Below, piece after piece: positions 61,666 through 64,000 of a stretch of 64,000 bases of DNA. Source of the DNA: the human T2T-CHM13v2.0 reference genome, Homo sapiens; NCBI RefSeq assembly GCF_009914755.1, contig NC_060929.1; one strand, written 5' to 3'. The notes under the pieces were generated by a model. It ran no database searches and had not been told where the DNA came from. It saw only the letters and a program-made list of their open reading frames with translations. The first letter of the stretch is position 1, and the number at the start of each line of letters is the position of its first letter. A program made the translations under genes and the position numbers.

Positions 61666-63600
61666 AATAAACCTGTTATCTTGGAAATGGCCACACGGTC
61701 TTAGTAGAACAAACACAATTTTTGGAATCAGGTAGATTTCCATTCAAATTCTGCCTACTTTCTACTAAGTCACTAAAGCCTAACTACTGTAAAAAAGCCA
61801 ATGATACTGCTTATATTTTCCATGTTGTTCTAAGAACTATAGAAAATACCTGCAAAGCAATTAGAACACTGTCTTAATGATTACTGGCTATTATTATTCT
61901 GATTACTTATATTTATAGCTAAGGCAAAATATTTATTTTTAATTTTAGATAGTTTAACAATTAAGCTTCTAATACAACTTTTGGCTTCAGTTCAAATTAG
62001 AAAATAGTTGTTTATTTCTTATGCACAAGCTACTAAGTGCTCACTCAGGGATTTGGAATTGGGCAGATCACTTAATCTGCATTGTCAGTGAATACTAAGC
62101 ACATTAAAAATATCTGATAAAGTAATATACCTCCTGTTGCAGGACTGGACAGAGTAGTAAAGGAAGGAGTACCTTGACCACTACCTTTCCAAACTTGGTA
62201 AACCAGTTGAGAATGGGGAAGCCCCTTCCTTCCACATTGGTTATTGACAGATACAGGAACGTTGCTCTTATCCTAACCTAAAAGTAATTAGGTCAGTGAT
62301 TTCAAGCTGATAAATATCAAAAGCAAGCTCATAATTTCAAGATAATGAGGTGTTTAGGTGAGGTGTGCAAGCTGTTACTGGCCTCCTGAATTGTAGCTCT
62401 AGTACTTACAACTTGAATCTGTAACCCAGCTTGTCTAAGACAAGTTGCCTAAATGTCTAAAAATAATTAAGGCAGTATATTTGATTTGGTAGCAGATAAG
62501 TCCAATGTACATGGTGTCTTTGTGCTGACCCTACCAAACTAAATCAACTGTTTTTATTAGTAGTTTTCTATATAAAACTTGGATATTCCTTAGGATCCAA
62601 CATTAAAGCAAACTAGCTACAGTGATTTAATAAAGCAAAACAAAAAACCTAAAGTACTAAAAGTTATTTCTTTAGTCCCCAAGGATTGTGCAATTGCAGA
62701 TAATAGTGCAATTTTTTTGACTGGAGCAAAACTCAATTGATTTTCAGATCCAAGGGGCAGTTTTCCCCAAACTACATTATCTTTATAGAGCTACGGTTTT
62801 ACACACAAATGGTTTCTACGATGAGAGAGAAAAGTAAAAGACTAATATTACCAACACAGCAAATTGGTATTTAAGACAGTAGCACTAAGACTTAGTGGAT
62901 GATTTTCCTCTACAGTGTCCTCAGATTTTATTGGGCCACCAAATCACCTATAGAACCTGCTAAATATGCCTAGTCCTGGGTCTAACTGTGTAGGCCTGAG
63001 GTTGGACCTAGGAGCCTACATATTTAATAAACGTACCAGCTGATTCTGATACAAGGACCACACCTCTATGCATAGAGTGAAACTCTGCTCTAAAGTTTGA
63101 AACATTCCTTAAAATAAATCAAGAATGTCCTATTTATATATACATGCATATATTTATATATTCTTAGATATGGGGTATCCTGGGACTGTGAGACTCTCTA
63201 ATATTTAAATCTATATCTAAGAGAATGAATAACAGATGTATCTGCAAATGTGACACAACCGCATCCCAAAAGAAAACTCTAGCAACTTCTATGGGCTCTA
63301 CCTCCAAAATATATTCATCGAATTCTCCTTGTCTCCCTCAGCTGATATCACAGACCATGACTACATCATCTCATGCTGGGGAAACTGATATAGATGCCTA
63401 ATTGGTTTGCCTACTTCCACTTTTATCCCCTTACAATCTATAGTGGAAGGGAGCTTAAAAACAGCAACAAACAAACAAACAAAACACTAACTATGGCACC
63501 TTGCTCAAAATCTTTGAAAGGCTTCCCATTTTATCATATAAATAAAACAAACCTTTTTACTTGATCTGACTGTGTTCCTGCCCACCTCTTTGAAGTCATC

Positions 63601-63704
63601 TATTAAGACTAATGCAAAAAAATTACTTTTGTAATTAAAAGTAATTACTTTTTGCAATTGCTTTTAGTTGCAAAAACTGCAATTACTTTTGTATAATCCT
63701 AATA
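63601..63704. mobile_element. MADE1-like mariner MITE (palindromic, internally rearranged)
   Basis: Right arm gcaaaaactgcaattacttttgtataatcctaata resembles MADE1 (gcaaaaaccgcaattacttttgcaccaacctaa); TA termini. Confidence 0.65.
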
Positions 63705-64000
63705 TTACTACTTTTTCCCCTGCTCTTTAAGCCAAACTATACTGGCCCTCTCTTTTCTCTTTAAACACAAAGAGCTCATTTTTGTCTCTTAGCACTTGCC
63801 TTGTATTCCCTTCATGAAGATCTCTACATGGATGTTTCTTAATCCTCATTCAGGCTTTAGTTTCAATGAACTCCTCATAAAGCCTGACTTCTCTGTCTTA
63901 TACTAAGATGTCACCCAGGTCCCCTATAATAATTGCTTTTTATAATATTTCCTTGGTTGATTTTCTTTATAGTTGATCATTCAGAAATAATATTCTCTAC

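Overview
Human (or very close primate) genomic DNA holding the 3' half of GABRB2 (GABA-A receptor beta-2 subunit) on the minus strand. Five coding exons with canonical GT/AG boundaries can be read directly: 45448-45585, 43568-43720, 39699-39943, the 114-nt alternative beta2L cassette exon at 35184-35297 (absent from the supplied ORF track), and the terminal exon 2897-3244, followed by at least 2.9 kb of presumed 3'UTR. The rest is AT-rich intron dense in Alu, L1, L2, MIR, MaLR/ERVL LTR and hAT/mariner remnants, including young AluYb8- and AluYi6-like insertions with intact target-site duplications (TSDs). The most striking observation is that the beta2L exon lies exactly antisense, codon for codon, to a fossil CR1/L3-type LINE reverse-transcriptase segment (WIKNWL...[16 protein letters not shown]), so the 38-aa receptor loop insert appears to be an exonised retrotransposon fragment. 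Other notable signals: a diverged direct duplication shared between the 3'UTR and the last intron, an L1 with an apparent 3' transduction, and inverted Alu pairs that bracket the alternative exon. Repeat subfamily names come from recalled consensus features, not from a database search, and old-repeat boundaries are approximate.
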